From: an uncultured bacterium
GTDB lineage: Bacteria; Omnitrophota; Omnitrophia; Omnitrophales; Abzuiibacteriaceae
Assembly: GCA_964387845.1 (NCBI GenBank)
Contig: CAYLXA010000011.1
Location: 32,001-96,000 of the forward strand
Length of the DNA: 64,000 bases
Reading direction: 5' to 3'
The position numbers and the translations under genes were made by a program. Positions 1 through 9,476 of this stretch are shown one piece after another. Under the pieces are notes generated by a model that had not been told where the DNA came from, searched no databases, and worked only from the letters and a program-made list of their open reading frames with translations. How positions within the stretch are numbered: position 1 is the stretch's first letter; the number at the start of each line of letters is the position of its first letter.

Positions 1-59
1 CAAACACCAACGGGAGCCCTGAATCCGAGCCGAGCATTAAAGGTGATTGATAGCCAATT

Positions 60-851
60 ATGGAAATCATGACAAACAAAACCAGCATTCATCCGACAGC
101 CATTGTTCACCCTGGCGCCAAGTTGGGCGCCGGAGTTGAAGTGGGGCCGTATTCCATTATTGAAGGCACGGTCCAAATTGGCGACGGAACCAAAATCGAC
201 TCGCACGTGGTGATCAAAGGCCACACGACAATCGGCCGTGAAAATGAAATTTTTACTGGCGCTGTTGTCGGAAGTTTAACACAGGATAAAAAATACAAAG
301 GCGGCGTCACTTATCTAAAGATTGGCGACCGGAATAAAATCCGCGAGTATGTCACAATCAATCCCGGCACGGGCGACGGAACGGAAACTGTTATCGGTAA
401 CGATAATTTAATCATGGCTTACGCACACATTGCGCATGATTGCATTTTAGGCAGTAACATTACACTCGCAAATAATGGCACGCTTGCAGGTCACGTGATT
501 GTTGAAGACCGTGCCATTATTGGCGGCTTAAGCGCGGTACACCAATTTGTTCGCATTGGATATTTGTGCATTGTCGGCGGTTGTTCGAAAGTCGTGCAGG
601 ACATTCCGCCTTTTATGATGGTGGATGGCCATCCGGCCGAAGCATACGGACTTAATTCCGTCGGCCTGGAACGTGCAAAGGTTTCGAAATCAGACCGGTC
701 TAATTTAAAGAAAGCTTTCAAAATTCTTTTTCGTTCTAAATTGACACTTCCTTCTGCGCGCGAGCGCATCAAAAAAGAAGTTCCGAAGTGCCCATCCATT
801 GATACTCTCCTGGAATTTCTTTCCAAGTCAGAACGCGGTATTTGTAACTAA
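60..851 (+). CDS. lpxA: Acyl-ACP--UDP-N-acetylglucosamine O-acyltransferase (first step of lipid A synthesis)
   Basis: 263 aa. Hexapeptide-repeat left-handed beta-helix pattern (repeated [LIV]G-x-x-x-x-I motifs). The C-terminal helical domain is typical of LpxA. It sits next to lpxI and lpxB. Confidence 0.88.
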   Translation: MEIMTNKTSIHPTAIVHPGAKLGAGVEVGPYSIIEGTVQIGDGTKIDSHVVIKGHTTIGRENEIFTGAVVGSLTQDKKYKGGVTYLKIGDRNKIREYVTINPGTGDGTETVIGNDNLIMAYAHIAHDCILGSNITLANNGTLAGHVIVEDRAIIGGLSAVHQFVRIGYLCIVGGCSKVVQDIPPFMMVDGHPAEAYGLNSVGLERAKVSKSDRSNLKKAFKILFRSKLTLPSARERIKKEVPKCPSIDTLLEFLSKSERGICN

Positions 852-968
852 TTCATTTTAAATCACTTACGCTAATTCCGATAGAAACTTTGAAATAGTT
901 GTATACATTTTTGTAACAGTCATATACCATACCGCTCTTAACAATTTTGTAATATAGAGAAAAATCAA

Positions 969-1772
969 ATGGCAAAAATTGGGCTCATAGCAGGAAACGG
1001 AAAACTGCCGATCGCAATTGCTCGGGAAGCAAAGTCATCGGGTTTTGAAGTGCATGTGTGCGCGATTAAAGGCGAAGCGCTTCAGGATTTAGAAAAAATA
1101 GCGGACTCTATTGAATGGGTAAAGCTCGGCCAACTCGGAAAACTCATTCATTATTTTCACGCTCAAGATGTTCGTGACGCTGTAATGGCGGGCAAGATTA
1201 CGAAAACCAATATTATGAAAGGCGACATCATTCCGGACGTTGAAATGGTGAAGATGGTTGCCGGAATCAAAGACCGGAAAGACGATACGCTGCTTGGCGC
1301 TGTCGCCGATTATTTGGGCCGGAAAGATATCCGAATTTTAAGTTCCGTAAAATTTCTTGAAGATTCGCTACCGAAAACCGGTGTTCTGAGCAAGCGCAAG
1401 CCCAAAAAAAGCGACGAAGAGGAAATTGATTTTGCGTGGCAATTGGCCAAACAAATCGCCGGGTTTGATATCGGCCAGACGGTTGTTACCAAAAACAAAG
1501 CCGTCCTTGCCGTTGAAGCGATCGAGGGAACTGACGAAGCCATTTTACGCGGCGGAGAATTGGGCGGCGGCAGCGTCGTGGTTGCGAAAGTCGCCAAACC
1601 GAATCAAGACATGCGGTTTGATGTTCCGACAATCGGGCTTCAAACTTTGGATGCCATGGTGCGTGCCAAGGTCGATATTCTCGCAATCGAAGCGGGGAAA
1701 ACGATCCTGCTTGAAAAGGACGAATTTTTGAAGAAAGCGGATCAGTATCACATGCTGGTCGTCGCGAGGTAA
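969..1772 (+). CDS. lpxI: UDP-2,3-diacylglucosamine hydrolase LpxI (DUF1009 family)
   Basis: 267 aa. Begins MAKIGLIAGNGKLP and has the TIG/AIEA motifs typical of LpxI. It lies immediately downstream of lpxA, where LpxI replaces LpxH in many non-gammaproteobacteria. Confidence 0.75.
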   Translation: MAKIGLIAGNGKLPIAIAREAKSSGFEVHVCAIKGEALQDLEKIADSIEWVKLGQLGKLIHYFHAQDVRDAVMAGKITKTNIMKGDIIPDVEMVKMVAGIKDRKDDTLLGAVADYLGRKDIRILSSVKFLEDSLPKTGVLSKRKPKKSDEEEIDFAWQLAKQIAGFDIGQTVVTKNKAVLAVEAIEGTDEAILRGGELGGGSVVVAKVAKPNQDMRFDVPTIGLQTLDAMVRAKVDILAIEAGKTILLEKDEFLKKADQYHMLVVAR

Positions 1773-1778
1773 AAGAAG

Positions 1779-3335
1779 ATGAAAAAAGACGATTTAAGCG
1801 GGTTAAAGCGCGAGGTTAAGGAATTAACAGCGCTCAACGAAATTTCGAAAGCCATTTCGTCTTCCCTCAATTTAGAAGAAGTGGTCCAGAAAATGATGGA
1901 CGTGCTCCATCAGCATTTGGGCATGGAGCGGGGCACGCTGACGCTTCTTGACCCCAACACACAAGAGCTGACAATCGAAGTTGCGCGCGGCCTTGACCGG
2001 CATGCCATTGAGCGGGGAAAATACAAGCTCGGCGAAGGCATTACCGGAAAAGTGGTGCAATCCGGCAAGCCGATCGTGGTTCCCAATATCGGTGAAGAGC
2101 CGCTTTTTCTTGACCGTACAAAATCACGAGGTGATTTAAAAAAGGCTAACATTGCTTTTATTTGTATTCCCATCCGTCTCGGCCAGCGAGTTGTCGGAGC
2201 GCTGAGTGTCGACCGCTTGTTCCAGGAAGACATTTCATTTGAAGAGGATTTGCGCCTTCTCAACATTATTGGTTCGATGGTGGCGCAAGCCGTCCGAGTC
2301 CACGAACTCGTCGAAGAAGAAAAGCGGTCACTTACCATTGAAAATCAACAGCTTCGTACGGAACTCAAGAAAAAATTCAGGCCGGATAACATCATCGGCG
2401 ACAGCAAGCGGATGAGTGATGTTTATTCGGCGATCCAGCTTGTCTGTAAAACCAAAGCCACGGTTTTAATCCGCGGCGAAAGCGGTACCGGAAAAGAACT
2501 TGTGGCGCATGCGATTCATTATCAAAGCGACCGTGCGAACAAACCGTTTATCAAAGTATCCTGCGCTGCACTTCCCGAAACCCTGCTTGAGAGCGAGCTC
2601 TTCGGCCATGAAAAAGGGGCATTTACTGGCGCCAATGCCATGAAAATGGGCCGGTTTGAACTCGCCAATGAAGGAACGATTTTCTTGGACGAAGTCGGTG
2701 AAATGAGCCGCGCGACGCAGGCGAAGCTGTTGCGCGTTCTTCAGGAACGAGAATTTGAACGCGTCGGCGGCGTCGAAACAATCCGCATCAATGTGCGTTT
2801 GATTACGGCTACGAACCGTGATCTTGAAAAAGAAGTCAGGGAAGGGCGTTTCCGGGAAGATCTTTATTACCGTTTGAATGTGGTTCCGATCTTTATGCCG
2901 CCGCTTCGGGAGCGGAAGGAGGATTTAACCCTGCTTGTGAAATATTTTCTCGAGAAGTTTAATAAAGAAAATAATAAACAAGTGAAGCATTTAAGCGAAG
3001 ACGCTTGGGATCATGTGATGGGTTATTCGTGGCCGGGCAATGTCCGGGAGCTTGAGAACGCAATCGAGCGCGCGATGATCATGTGCCAAACTGATACGAT
3101 TTCACGTGAACATTTTCCGATTGATTTACAAGCACGCATTTCACCTATTCAGGAAATCATCAATAGCACCAATGCGGATTCTGGGCCTGATTTACTGAAA
3201 GCGGTCGAAGCGCTTGAAAAGCGCATGATTATGGATGCGCTCCAAAAAACTGCGGGCAATAAGCGCAAAGCGGCGCAGACGCTGGGGATCACAGAACGAA
3301 TTCTGGGCTATAAGGTTAAAAATTATAATTTGTAA
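1779..3335 (+). CDS. Sigma-54-dependent transcriptional activator (enhancer-binding protein) with an N-terminal GAF domain and a C-terminal Fis-type HTH
   Basis: 518 aa. AAA+ core motifs [23 protein letters not shown] and the GAFTGA loop are present. A C-terminal HTH follows, and the N-terminal ~170 aa resembles a GAF sensor. RBS GAGGTAAAAG lies upstream. Confidence 0.85.
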   Translation: MKKDDLSGLKREVKELTALNEISKAISSSLNLEEVVQKMMDVLHQHLGMERGTLTLLDPNTQELTIEVARGLDRHAIERGKYKLGEGITGKVVQSGKPIVVPNIGEEPLFLDRTKSRGDLKKANIAFICIPIRLGQRVVGALSVDRLFQEDISFEEDLRLLNIIGSMVAQAVRVHELVEEEKRSLTIENQQLRTELKKKFRPDNIIGDSKRMSDVYSAIQLVCKTKATVLIRGESGTGKELVAHAIHYQSDRANKPFIKVSCAALPETLLESELFGHEKGAFTGANAMKMGRFELANEGTIFLDEVGEMSRATQAKLLRVLQEREFERVGGVETIRINVRLITATNRDLEKEVREGRFREDLYYRLNVVPIFMPPLRERKEDLTLLVKYFLEKFNKENNKQVKHLSEDAWDHVMGYSWPGNVRELENAIERAMIMCQTDTISREHFPIDLQARISPIQEIINSTNADSGPDLLKAVEALEKRMIMDALQKTAGNKRKAAQTLGITERILGYKVKNYNL

Positions 3336-3378
3336 GAATCGCCCTTTTTTATCTGAAATTCTTCCTTTTATTTCCCCC

Positions 3379-3406
3379 TTGCTTGCAAAAGGCGTTGCAG
3401 TACAAT
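3379..3406 (+). promoter_or_regulatory. Candidate sigma-70 promoter (TTGCTT, 16-nt spacer, TACAAT) upstream of the permease gene
   Basis: Hexamers were read directly from the sequence. Spacing is acceptable. Not validated. Confidence 0.3.
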
Positions 3407-3455
3407 AAGTCCTTCATGTTTAATAGCCCTTCTAAATTCTAATACGAGCTTATTG

Positions 3456-5183
3456 ATGCAAACACTCATTAAACGTGTTGACCGCCCCAGAGAATTAAGC
3501 TGGTTTCAGGCCGGCGCCATGCTGTACGGTGACTGGGGGACGAGCAAAGCCTACGTGCTCGGTATCGCATTTGCGCTTTCAGGCCACGCATCCTGGTTCT
3601 TTCTCGGGTTGATGTCCGGGCTTACGGCTTTGGTGGGCGTTTGTTATATCATCATCTGCCGTATTTATCCGGACGGCGGCGGCGTTTATTCTTCCGTCAA
3701 ACATCGCTCTAAGAATTTGGCCGTGGTCGGCGCTCTTCTATTGGTGGCTGATTATGTGATTACGGCTTCACTGAGCGCGCTTGAAGCGTTTCACTATTTC
3801 AATGTACCGCACCCGGAAATTTGGGCAATTTGCGTCATTATTTGTATCGGAATTGTGAATTGGGTCGGTCCGACAAAAAGCGGAAGCGTTGCGGTCTTTA
3901 TTGGCCTTACCGCATCAATAACCGCCGGCGTTTTGTTTTTCTGTACACTTCCTTCTTTGCCGCACGTTGAGTTAAGTTGGCCGCAGGGTGATTGGTTTCA
4001 AAATTGGGCGAATTTTACGGGAATCGTTTTAGCGTTATCCGGAGTTGAAGCCGTCGCTAATATGACGGGCATCATGAAAAATCCGGTTGATCAAACAGCC
4101 AAAAAGGCCATTTGGCCGGTCTTGTTAGAAGTATCGGTATTAACTTTTTTGCTCGGTGTTGCCATGAATGCAATACCGGGACTGACGGGCCACACCGAAG
4201 ATATGTTGAGAGCGCTCGGCAGTCACTTTGTGGGTCCCTGGTATGGCCAATTGATTTCCATCGTTTTCGGATTTTTGCTGCTGTCAGCAACCAATACGGC
4301 AATCGGAAGTTTGGCAAGCCTTCAATTTTCGCTCGCTAAAGACGGGGAGCTGCCGCATGTTTTTGCAAAACTAAACCGTTTCGGCATGCCGTTTGTAGGG
4401 TTGATGGTTGCAACCGCACTTCCTGTTTTGATCCTTATCTTAGAGCATGATGTTCTGCATTTGGCCGCGCTTTACGCGATCGGTGTTGTGGGCGCGATTA
4501 CGCTCAATATCGGTGCTTGTGCGACCAATTTTCAAATTCAAATCGGCAAGAAAGAAAGATTATTATTAACGATTGCTGCCATTATTCTTTTGTTGATTGA
4601 GCTGACTATTGCTTATCAAAAACACCACGCCCTCATCTATGTTTTGAGCGTGATTGGTATCGGTTTATCTCTCCGATATCTTGCAAAACTGGTCTTGCCG
4701 GCTCCTGTGGTTGAGCAGATTCCCGAAGTTAATGTGTTAACCGTTGCCGAGGCAAAGGAAATTGCGCCGCTTTATAAAAGTTCATCGCTCGTAGCGCTTA
4801 AATCCTTAAATCCATTATTGCTCGAAGAGGCTGCCTTAAGACTGAAAGCGCGGAAAGAAAATTCTATCTATTTAACCTACGTTGAAGAAAGTCCCGCAGG
4901 CCGTGAACTGCCGACGGAACTTGCACCTTCGATTGAATCGATGGCACTTTTGGAGCAAGCGCAGAAGGCTTTGGAAGAGCGCGGCATTACCGCAGTTCCG
5001 ATTTGGCGGTTCGGTGAAGACCCGGGTAAATTAATTGCCGATGCCGCGCGCGAGTTGAATGTCAATACGGTTATGATCGGCGCAACCCGTAGGAGCGCTC
5101 TCATTAGTCTGTTAAGAGGCGATGTGCTTCGAACTCTTGCCAAACATCTTCCCACAGGTTGTCATCTCCTCATTAGCGGATAA
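3456..5183 (+). CDS. APC-superfamily (amino acid/polyamine-type) permease fused to a C-terminal universal stress protein (UspA) domain
   Basis: About 12 predicted TM helices are followed by about 130 aa with a Usp-like fold (…VMIGATRRSALISLLRGDVLRTLAKHLPTGCHLLISG). The ATG at 3456 was chosen over the TTG at 3453. Confidence 0.6.
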   Translation: MQTLIKRVDRPRELSWFQAGAMLYGDWGTSKAYVLGIAFALSGHASWFFLGLMSGLTALVGVCYIIICRIYPDGGGVYSSVKHRSKNLAVVGALLLVADYVITASLSALEAFHYFNVPHPEIWAICVIICIGIVNWVGPTKSGSVAVFIGLTASITAGVLFFCTLPSLPHVELSWPQGDWFQNWANFTGIVLALSGVEAVANMTGIMKNPVDQTAKKAIWPVLLEVSVLTFLLGVAMNAIPGLTGHTEDMLRALGSHFVGPWYGQLISIVFGFLLLSATNTAIGSLASLQFSLAKDGELPHVFAKLNRFGMPFVGLMVATALPVLILILEHDVLHLAALYAIGVVGAITLNIGACATNFQIQIGKKERLLLTIAAIILLLIELTIAYQKHHALIYVLSVIGIGLSLRYLAKLVLPAPVVEQIPEVNVLTVAEAKEIAPLYKSSSLVALKSLNPLLLEEAALRLKARKENSIYLTYVEESPAGRELPTELAPSIESMALLEQAQKALEERGITAVPIWRFGEDPGKLIADAARELNVNTVMIGATRRSALISLLRGDVLRTLAKHLPTGCHLLISG

Positions 5184-5196
5184 AAATTCTTCCGGC

Positions 5197-5225
5197 ACAT
5201 TTTTGTGAAAAACCGACAAAAATGT
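5197..5225. promoter_or_regulatory. Perfect 10-bp inverted repeat ACATTTTTGT-N9-ACAAAAATGT, about 110 bp upstream of the sigma-54 promoter; candidate enhancer (UAS)
   Basis: Palindrome read directly. It contains a TGT-N9-ACA core. The distance to the -24/-12 element is typical for enhancer-binding-protein sites. Confidence 0.35.
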
Positions 5226-5315
5226 AGTTTTGAGGCTGTTTCTAGCCTGACTTTTTAGGGCCTGTCAGTTTTATTACCTCTAATATCCCGTCTTTTATTT
5301 TGAGAGCAAGCGGAT

Positions 5316-5331
5316 TGGCATGACGCTTGCT
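5316..5331 (+). promoter_or_regulatory. Sigma-54 (-24/-12) promoter TGGCAT-N5-TTGCT driving amtB-glnK
   Basis: TTGGCATGACGCTTGCT matches the TGGCAC-N5-TTGCW consensus. GG (5317-5318) and GC (5329-5330) are 11 nt apart. It lies about 95 nt upstream of the amtB start. Confidence 0.6.
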
Positions 5332-5426
5332 ATTCAAGCCGCTAATTGAAAGTCCGCCCTCTATCCTATTTAGAGCAAGCGCTGGCAATCAAAATCAAAA
5401 AAACCCTGATAAGGGAGGATAAAATT

Positions 5427-6809
5427 ATGGAAATCTCAGAAGTCAAAATAATGGCAGATACAATATGGGTGCTGCTGGCAGCCATGTTGGTGTTCTGGAT
5501 GAATGCCGGATTCGGATTGGTGGAATCGGGCTTTGCACGCGCAAAAAACTGCGTGAACATCCTGTCGAAAAATTTCATCGTATTCGCAGTCTCCAGTATC
5601 GCGTTTTATTTCTTAGGCTGGGGCTTAATGTTCGGCGATGGCAATCCGTTTATGGGTTTGCAGGGCATTTCGATGTTGGGCGGCGCTGATAATAGCCCGG
5701 CGTCTGGAGATGCTTATCAAGGTGTTTACAGCGCAATTAGTTGGGCCACCGTTCCTTTGTTGGCAAAATTTTTCTTTCAGCTCGTGTTTGCAGGAACGGC
5801 GGCAACGATTGTTTCCGGAGCGGTAGCGGAAAGAATCAAGTATGTTTCCTTTATTGTGTTTTCATTTATTCTTGTCGGGTTAATTTATCCGATCGTCGGC
5901 CATTGGATTTGGGGCGGCGGATGGCTGGCAAGCGCAGGCATGTGGGATTTTGCAGGTTCAACGGTTGTGCACTCAGTGGGTGGCTGGGCGGCACTGGCCG
6001 GTATTTTGGTGTTAGGTCCTCGCTTTGGAAAATATGGAAAAGATGGCAAAGTTCATCCGATTCCGGGCCACAACATGAGCACCGCAACGCTTGGTGCTTT
6101 TATTCTTTGGCTCGGCTGGTTTGGATTTAATCCGGGCTCCACAATGGCAGCTGCTGTGAATGATATTGCGCGTATCTGCGTGACCACAAACAGTGCTGCG
6201 GCTGCGGCAATTTTGAGCGCAACCATCGTTTCCTGGATTTTGCTCGGAAAACCGGATCTTGGCATGACCATCAATGGTTGCTTGGCAGGTTTGGTTGCCA
6301 TCACGGCACCTTGCGCATTTGTGAGTGTTAACAGCTCGCTTATTATCGGAGCACTTGCAGGTGCATTGGTGGTTGTGGCAGTTATTTTCTTTGACAAGGT
6401 TAAAATAGACGATCCCGTTGGTGCTTTGTCAGTTCATTTGGTGAACGGCGTATTTGGTACCATTTGTGTCGGCCTTTTTGCGCAAGCGGATATATTGCCG
6501 AATACCACCGGAAACGGGTTATTTTATGGCGGCGGCGCCACACTTTTAATGGCACAATTAAAAGGCATTGCTGCAACCGGCGCGTTTGTGTTCATCGGTT
6601 CGCTCGTTGCATGGTTTATCATTAAGGCGCTCATGGGTATCCGCGTGACCTTGCATGAAGAAATCGAAGGTCTTGATATCGGCGAACATGGCAATGCGGC
6701 CTATCCGGAATTTGCGGGCAGAAAGCAAAGCTACACTTTTCTCGGGCTTGGCAACCGCAGTGAATTGACGTCGGAAGCTGAGAAAAAAGAAGAGTACGCA
6801 AAAGTTTAA
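5427..6809 (+). CDS. amtB: Ammonium transporter (Amt family)
   Basis: Eleven-TM Amt signature (…WMNAGFGLVESGF…). Start set at the ATG at 5427, preceded by the GGGAGG RBS. The upstream ORF extension from 5346 is unlikely. Confidence 0.9.
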   Translation: MEISEVKIMADTIWVLLAAMLVFWMNAGFGLVESGFARAKNCVNILSKNFIVFAVSSIAFYFLGWGLMFGDGNPFMGLQGISMLGGADNSPASGDAYQGVYSAISWATVPLLAKFFFQLVFAGTAATIVSGAVAERIKYVSFIVFSFILVGLIYPIVGHWIWGGGWLASAGMWDFAGSTVVHSVGGWAALAGILVLGPRFGKYGKDGKVHPIPGHNMSTATLGAFILWLGWFGFNPGSTMAAAVNDIARICVTTNSAAAAAILSATIVSWILLGKPDLGMTINGCLAGLVAITAPCAFVSVNSSLIIGALAGALVVVAVIFFDKVKIDDPVGALSVHLVNGVFGTICVGLFAQADILPNTTGNGLFYGGGATLLMAQLKGIAATGAFVFIGSLVAWFIIKALMGIRVTLHEEIEGLDIGEHGNAAYPEFAGRKQSYTFLGLGNRSELTSEAEKKEEYAKV

Positions 6810-6851
6810 GCGCATATTCGCACCATAAACTTCTTAAAGAAAGGAACGAAA

Positions 6852-7193
6852 ATGAAAAAGATTGAAGCAATAATTCGGCCCGAAAGGCTGGAAGAAGTGG
6901 TCGAGGCGCTTGAGCGCGCAGGATATCCCGGTATCATGATTACCGAGATCGAAGGCCATGGGCTCCAGAAGGGCGTACGCCAGCAATGGCGCGGTGAAGA
7001 GTTTCAGGTTAACTTTCTGCCGAAAGTGAAGGTCGAGATCGTCGCCAATGAAAAAGAAGTGGATAGTATTGTTGACGCGATCATTCGGTCGGCCTCTACA
7101 GGCGGAGTCGGTGATGGGAAGATATTTGTTTCCAACGTTGATGAAGCGATCCGGATCCGCACGAAAGAACGCGGCGTCAAGGCGCTCAGTTAA
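6852..7193 (+). CDS. glnK: Nitrogen regulatory protein P-II
   Basis: 113 aa, MKKIEAIIRPE…T-loop…RIRTGE-like C-terminus. Linked to amtB, the classic amtB-glnK pair. Confidence 0.9.
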   Translation: MKKIEAIIRPERLEEVVEALERAGYPGIMITEIEGHGLQKGVRQQWRGEEFQVNFLPKVKVEIVANEKEVDSIVDAIIRSASTGGVGDGKIFVSNVDEAIRIRTKERGVKALS

Positions 7194-7219
7194 TTCGGTT
7201 AACTGAAGTTACAAAATTT

Positions 7220-7254
7220 AGGGGCAGTCCTTCGGGGCTGCCCCTATTTTTTTC
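7220..7254. terminator. Bidirectional Rho-independent terminator between convergent glnK and lpxB
   Basis: GC-rich hairpin AGGGGCAGtCC-TTCG-GGgCTGCCCCT followed by a T8 run. An A-run sits on the other side for the minus strand. Confidence 0.6.
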
Positions 7255-7255
7255 T

Positions 7256-8398
7256 TTAGAGGTTGTTGAGGATGGCTAGGGCCGCTCGCTCGGCAGCGCC
7301 TGAAGGCCCGATGTTGTTTCGGATTTCTTCCAAGTCGCGGATTATGCGGCTTCTTGATTCTGGATTCTGGATTAAATCCAAAATTGCTTTTGAGATTGCC
7401 GCAGGTTTTGCGTCATGCTGGATGAATTCCTGGATAATTTTCCGGCCCGCTGCGACATTGGCGAGGCCGATGTAGGGGATTTGAATCAGCATTCGCCCCA
7501 ATAGGTAAGTCGTCCAATGCGTCTTATAAAGAATCACAAAAGGCGTGAGTGTCAGTGCCGTTTCAAGTGTAGCAGTTCCGGATGTGACAATTGCGGCATC
7601 GGAGGCGTGCAGCATGGGTTCTACCGCCTTGCCGCGTATCCGCTTAATCGATAGCATAGGCTCGTAATTTTTGAGAATTGAATCGTAGATTTCGAGGCCT
7701 ACATTTTCACTTTCAGGAAGTAGAAACGAAACCGATTTGGTTTCTTGTGAAATAAGCCGGGCAGATTCCAGAATGACGGGCAAAATCCTTTCGATTTCTG
7801 TTTTGCGTGAGCCGGGCAGAAGTGCAATCACTTTTTCGGCGTTTTCCACGCCGAATTCTTTCTTTAACGCCTCTTTTGATTTTGTAACCGGCGCGCGCTC
7901 TGCGAGCGGATGGCCCACCCAAGTGACGGGAACGCCGGCTTCCTGATACATTTTCTCTTCGAAATGAAATAAAACAAGCATCCGGTCGACCGTTTCCTTG
8001 ATGAGATGAATCCGGTGCTTGGCCCAAGCCCAAAGCTGCGGTGAGACATAATAAAAAGTTTTGATCCGCCGGTTGATTTGTTTTGCAAAGCGCAGATTGA
8101 AGCCGGGGTAATCAATCAGGATGAGGCAGTCGGGCTTTAACTTCAAAACATGCTGCAGTGTGGCATAGAAAATTTTCCGGATTTTGAAATATTTAGCCAG
8201 CACGTCGCCAAATCCGATGGCAGCCAGCGCGCAAAGGTCATCAAAGAGCTTGACGCCCTCGGCTTCCATTAATTTTCCGCCGAGGCCTTCAAATTTTAAA
8301 CCGGGATTTTGCTTTTTAAGCGCACGGACAAGCTCGGCACCGCGTTGGTCGCCTGAAGGTTCCCCCGCGATGAGAAAAATGGTCTTAGATTCAGGCAT
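7256..8398 (-). CDS. lpxB: Lipid-A-disaccharide synthase
   Basis: IFLIAGEPSGD N-terminal motif, about 380 aa. The start is taken at MPESKTIF (8398), overlapping the upstream gene by 8 nt. The longer ORF running to 8518 is probably an artefact. Confidence 0.85.
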   Translation of the reverse strand: MPESKTIFLIAGEPSGDQRGAELVRALKKQNPGLKFEGLGGKLMEAEGVKLFDDLCALAAIGFGDVLAKYFKIRKIFYATLQHVLKLKPDCLILIDYPGFNLRFAKQINRRIKTFYYVSPQLWAWAKHRIHLIKETVDRMLVLFHFEEKMYQEAGVPVTWVGHPLAERAPVTKSKEALKKEFGVENAEKVIALLPGSRKTEIERILPVILESARLISQETKSVSFLLPESENVGLEIYDSILKNYEPMLSIKRIRGKAVEPMLHASDAAIVTSGTATLETALTLTPFVILYKTHWTTYLLGRMLIQIPYIGLANVAAGRKIIQEFIQHDAKPAAISKAILDLIQNPESRSRIIRDLEEIRNNIGPSGAAERAALAILNNL

Positions 8399-9335
8399 TG
8401 GAGTACTTTGGGGAATTTTTTTTGATATCGTCAACGATCTGAAGCCCGATTTTGAGCGCATCGCGGGCTTCCACATCAACTTTTCCGTCGGTTTTTCCGG
8501 AGAGAACCGCCTGGACAAAACTTTCGAGTTCGGCTTTGAGCGGTTCGCCTTTTTGGATTTCCAATTTTTCGCTCGTGATGCCCAAGATTCCTTTTTTAAA
8601 GATCTGGGCGGTTTGCGCTTGATAATCGAGAGAGATGTAAGCGTCTTCCTGAAAGATCCGGATTTTGCGCTGTTTGTCGGGCGTTAGGCGCGAGGCCGTT
8701 AAATCAGCAACAGTGCCGTTTTTGAACCGGATTCGCACATTGGCGATGTCTTCGTGCGGCGTGAGCACATTGATGCCGACACAGTCCATGAACGCAATTT
8801 CGGATTTGACGAGCTGAAGCACGATATCGATATCGTGAATCATCATGTCGAGCACAACGCCGCAGTCTTTGACACGGTCGGTGAAAGCGCTTAGGCGGTG
8901 AATTTCGAGGAAACGGATGTTTCTTGCAATTTTTTGAATTTTTTGAAGCCCGGCGTTGTGCCGTTCTACGTGACCGACTTGGAGAACGAGTTTCTTTTGC
9001 TTTGCGATTTCAATTAATTCATCCGCTTCACCCAGTTCAAGCGTGATTGGTTTCTCGATCAAGACATGCGTCCCGGCTTCCATAAAAGGTTTTGCTACTT
9101 CATAGTGGTAAGCGGTCGGTACGACAACGCTGACGGCGTCGACTTTTCCGATCAAATGGCGGAAATCGGTCGTAAATTGTGTTCCAAGCTCCCTGGCTTT
9201 TTCTTCTTTGGATTTATCGCGGTCGCAAAGAGCAATCAAGTCAACATTGGGAAGGGAGGCGTAAATCCGGGCGTGTTCTTTGCCCAGATGCCCGATTCCG
9301 ATAACAGCAACTTTCAATTTTTTACCTGTATTCAT
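8391..9335 (-). CDS. Gfo/Idh/MocA-family NAD(P)-dependent oxidoreductase, co-operonic with lpxB
   Basis: N-terminal Rossmann motif VAVIGIGHLGKEH, with the EKP and GHxxRH motifs of the Gfo/Idh/MocA family. 314 aa. Confidence 0.75.
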   Translation of the reverse strand: MNTGKKLKVAVIGIGHLGKEHARIYASLPNVDLIALCDRDKSKEEKARELGTQFTTDFRHLIGKVDAVSVVVPTAYHYEVAKPFMEAGTHVLIEKPITLELGEADELIEIAKQKKLVLQVGHVERHNAGLQKIQKIARNIRFLEIHRLSAFTDRVKDCGVVLDMMIHDIDIVLQLVKSEIAFMDCVGINVLTPHEDIANVRIRFKNGTVADLTASRLTPDKQRKIRIFQEDAYISLDYQAQTAQIFKKGILGITSEKLEIQKGEPLKAELESFVQAVLSGKTDGKVDVEARDALKIGLQIVDDIKKNSPKYSNA

Positions 9336-9395
9336 AACCGAGTCGGCATTTTATCAGACGGGGCTTGAAAAGCAAATTGATAAAGTTTGCCGCAA

Positions 9396-9424
9396 TTGAC
9401 TTTCGTTTTTGAATTGGTTAGTAT
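9396..9424 (+). promoter_or_regulatory. Candidate sigma-70 promoter (TTGACT, 17-nt spacer, TAGTAT) for msbA
   Basis: Hexamers read from the sequence in the divergent intergenic region. Confidence 0.3.
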
Positions 9425-9476
9425 GGCTCGTTTTCTCTAAAATGTGATGTGACCTTCATTTAGAAAGTTTTAGGAT

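Noticed and set aside
1-72. 3' end of an upstream gene (a possible fabZ-like ORF ending at 50 or 72)
   Set aside because: Only 16-23 codons are visible and two frames are open. Too short to assign.
5346-5426. N-terminal extension of amtB from ORF-track start 5346
   Set aside because: A strong GGGAGG RBS precedes the internal ATG at 5427. The sigma-54 promoter at 5316 would leave almost no leader for a 5346 start.
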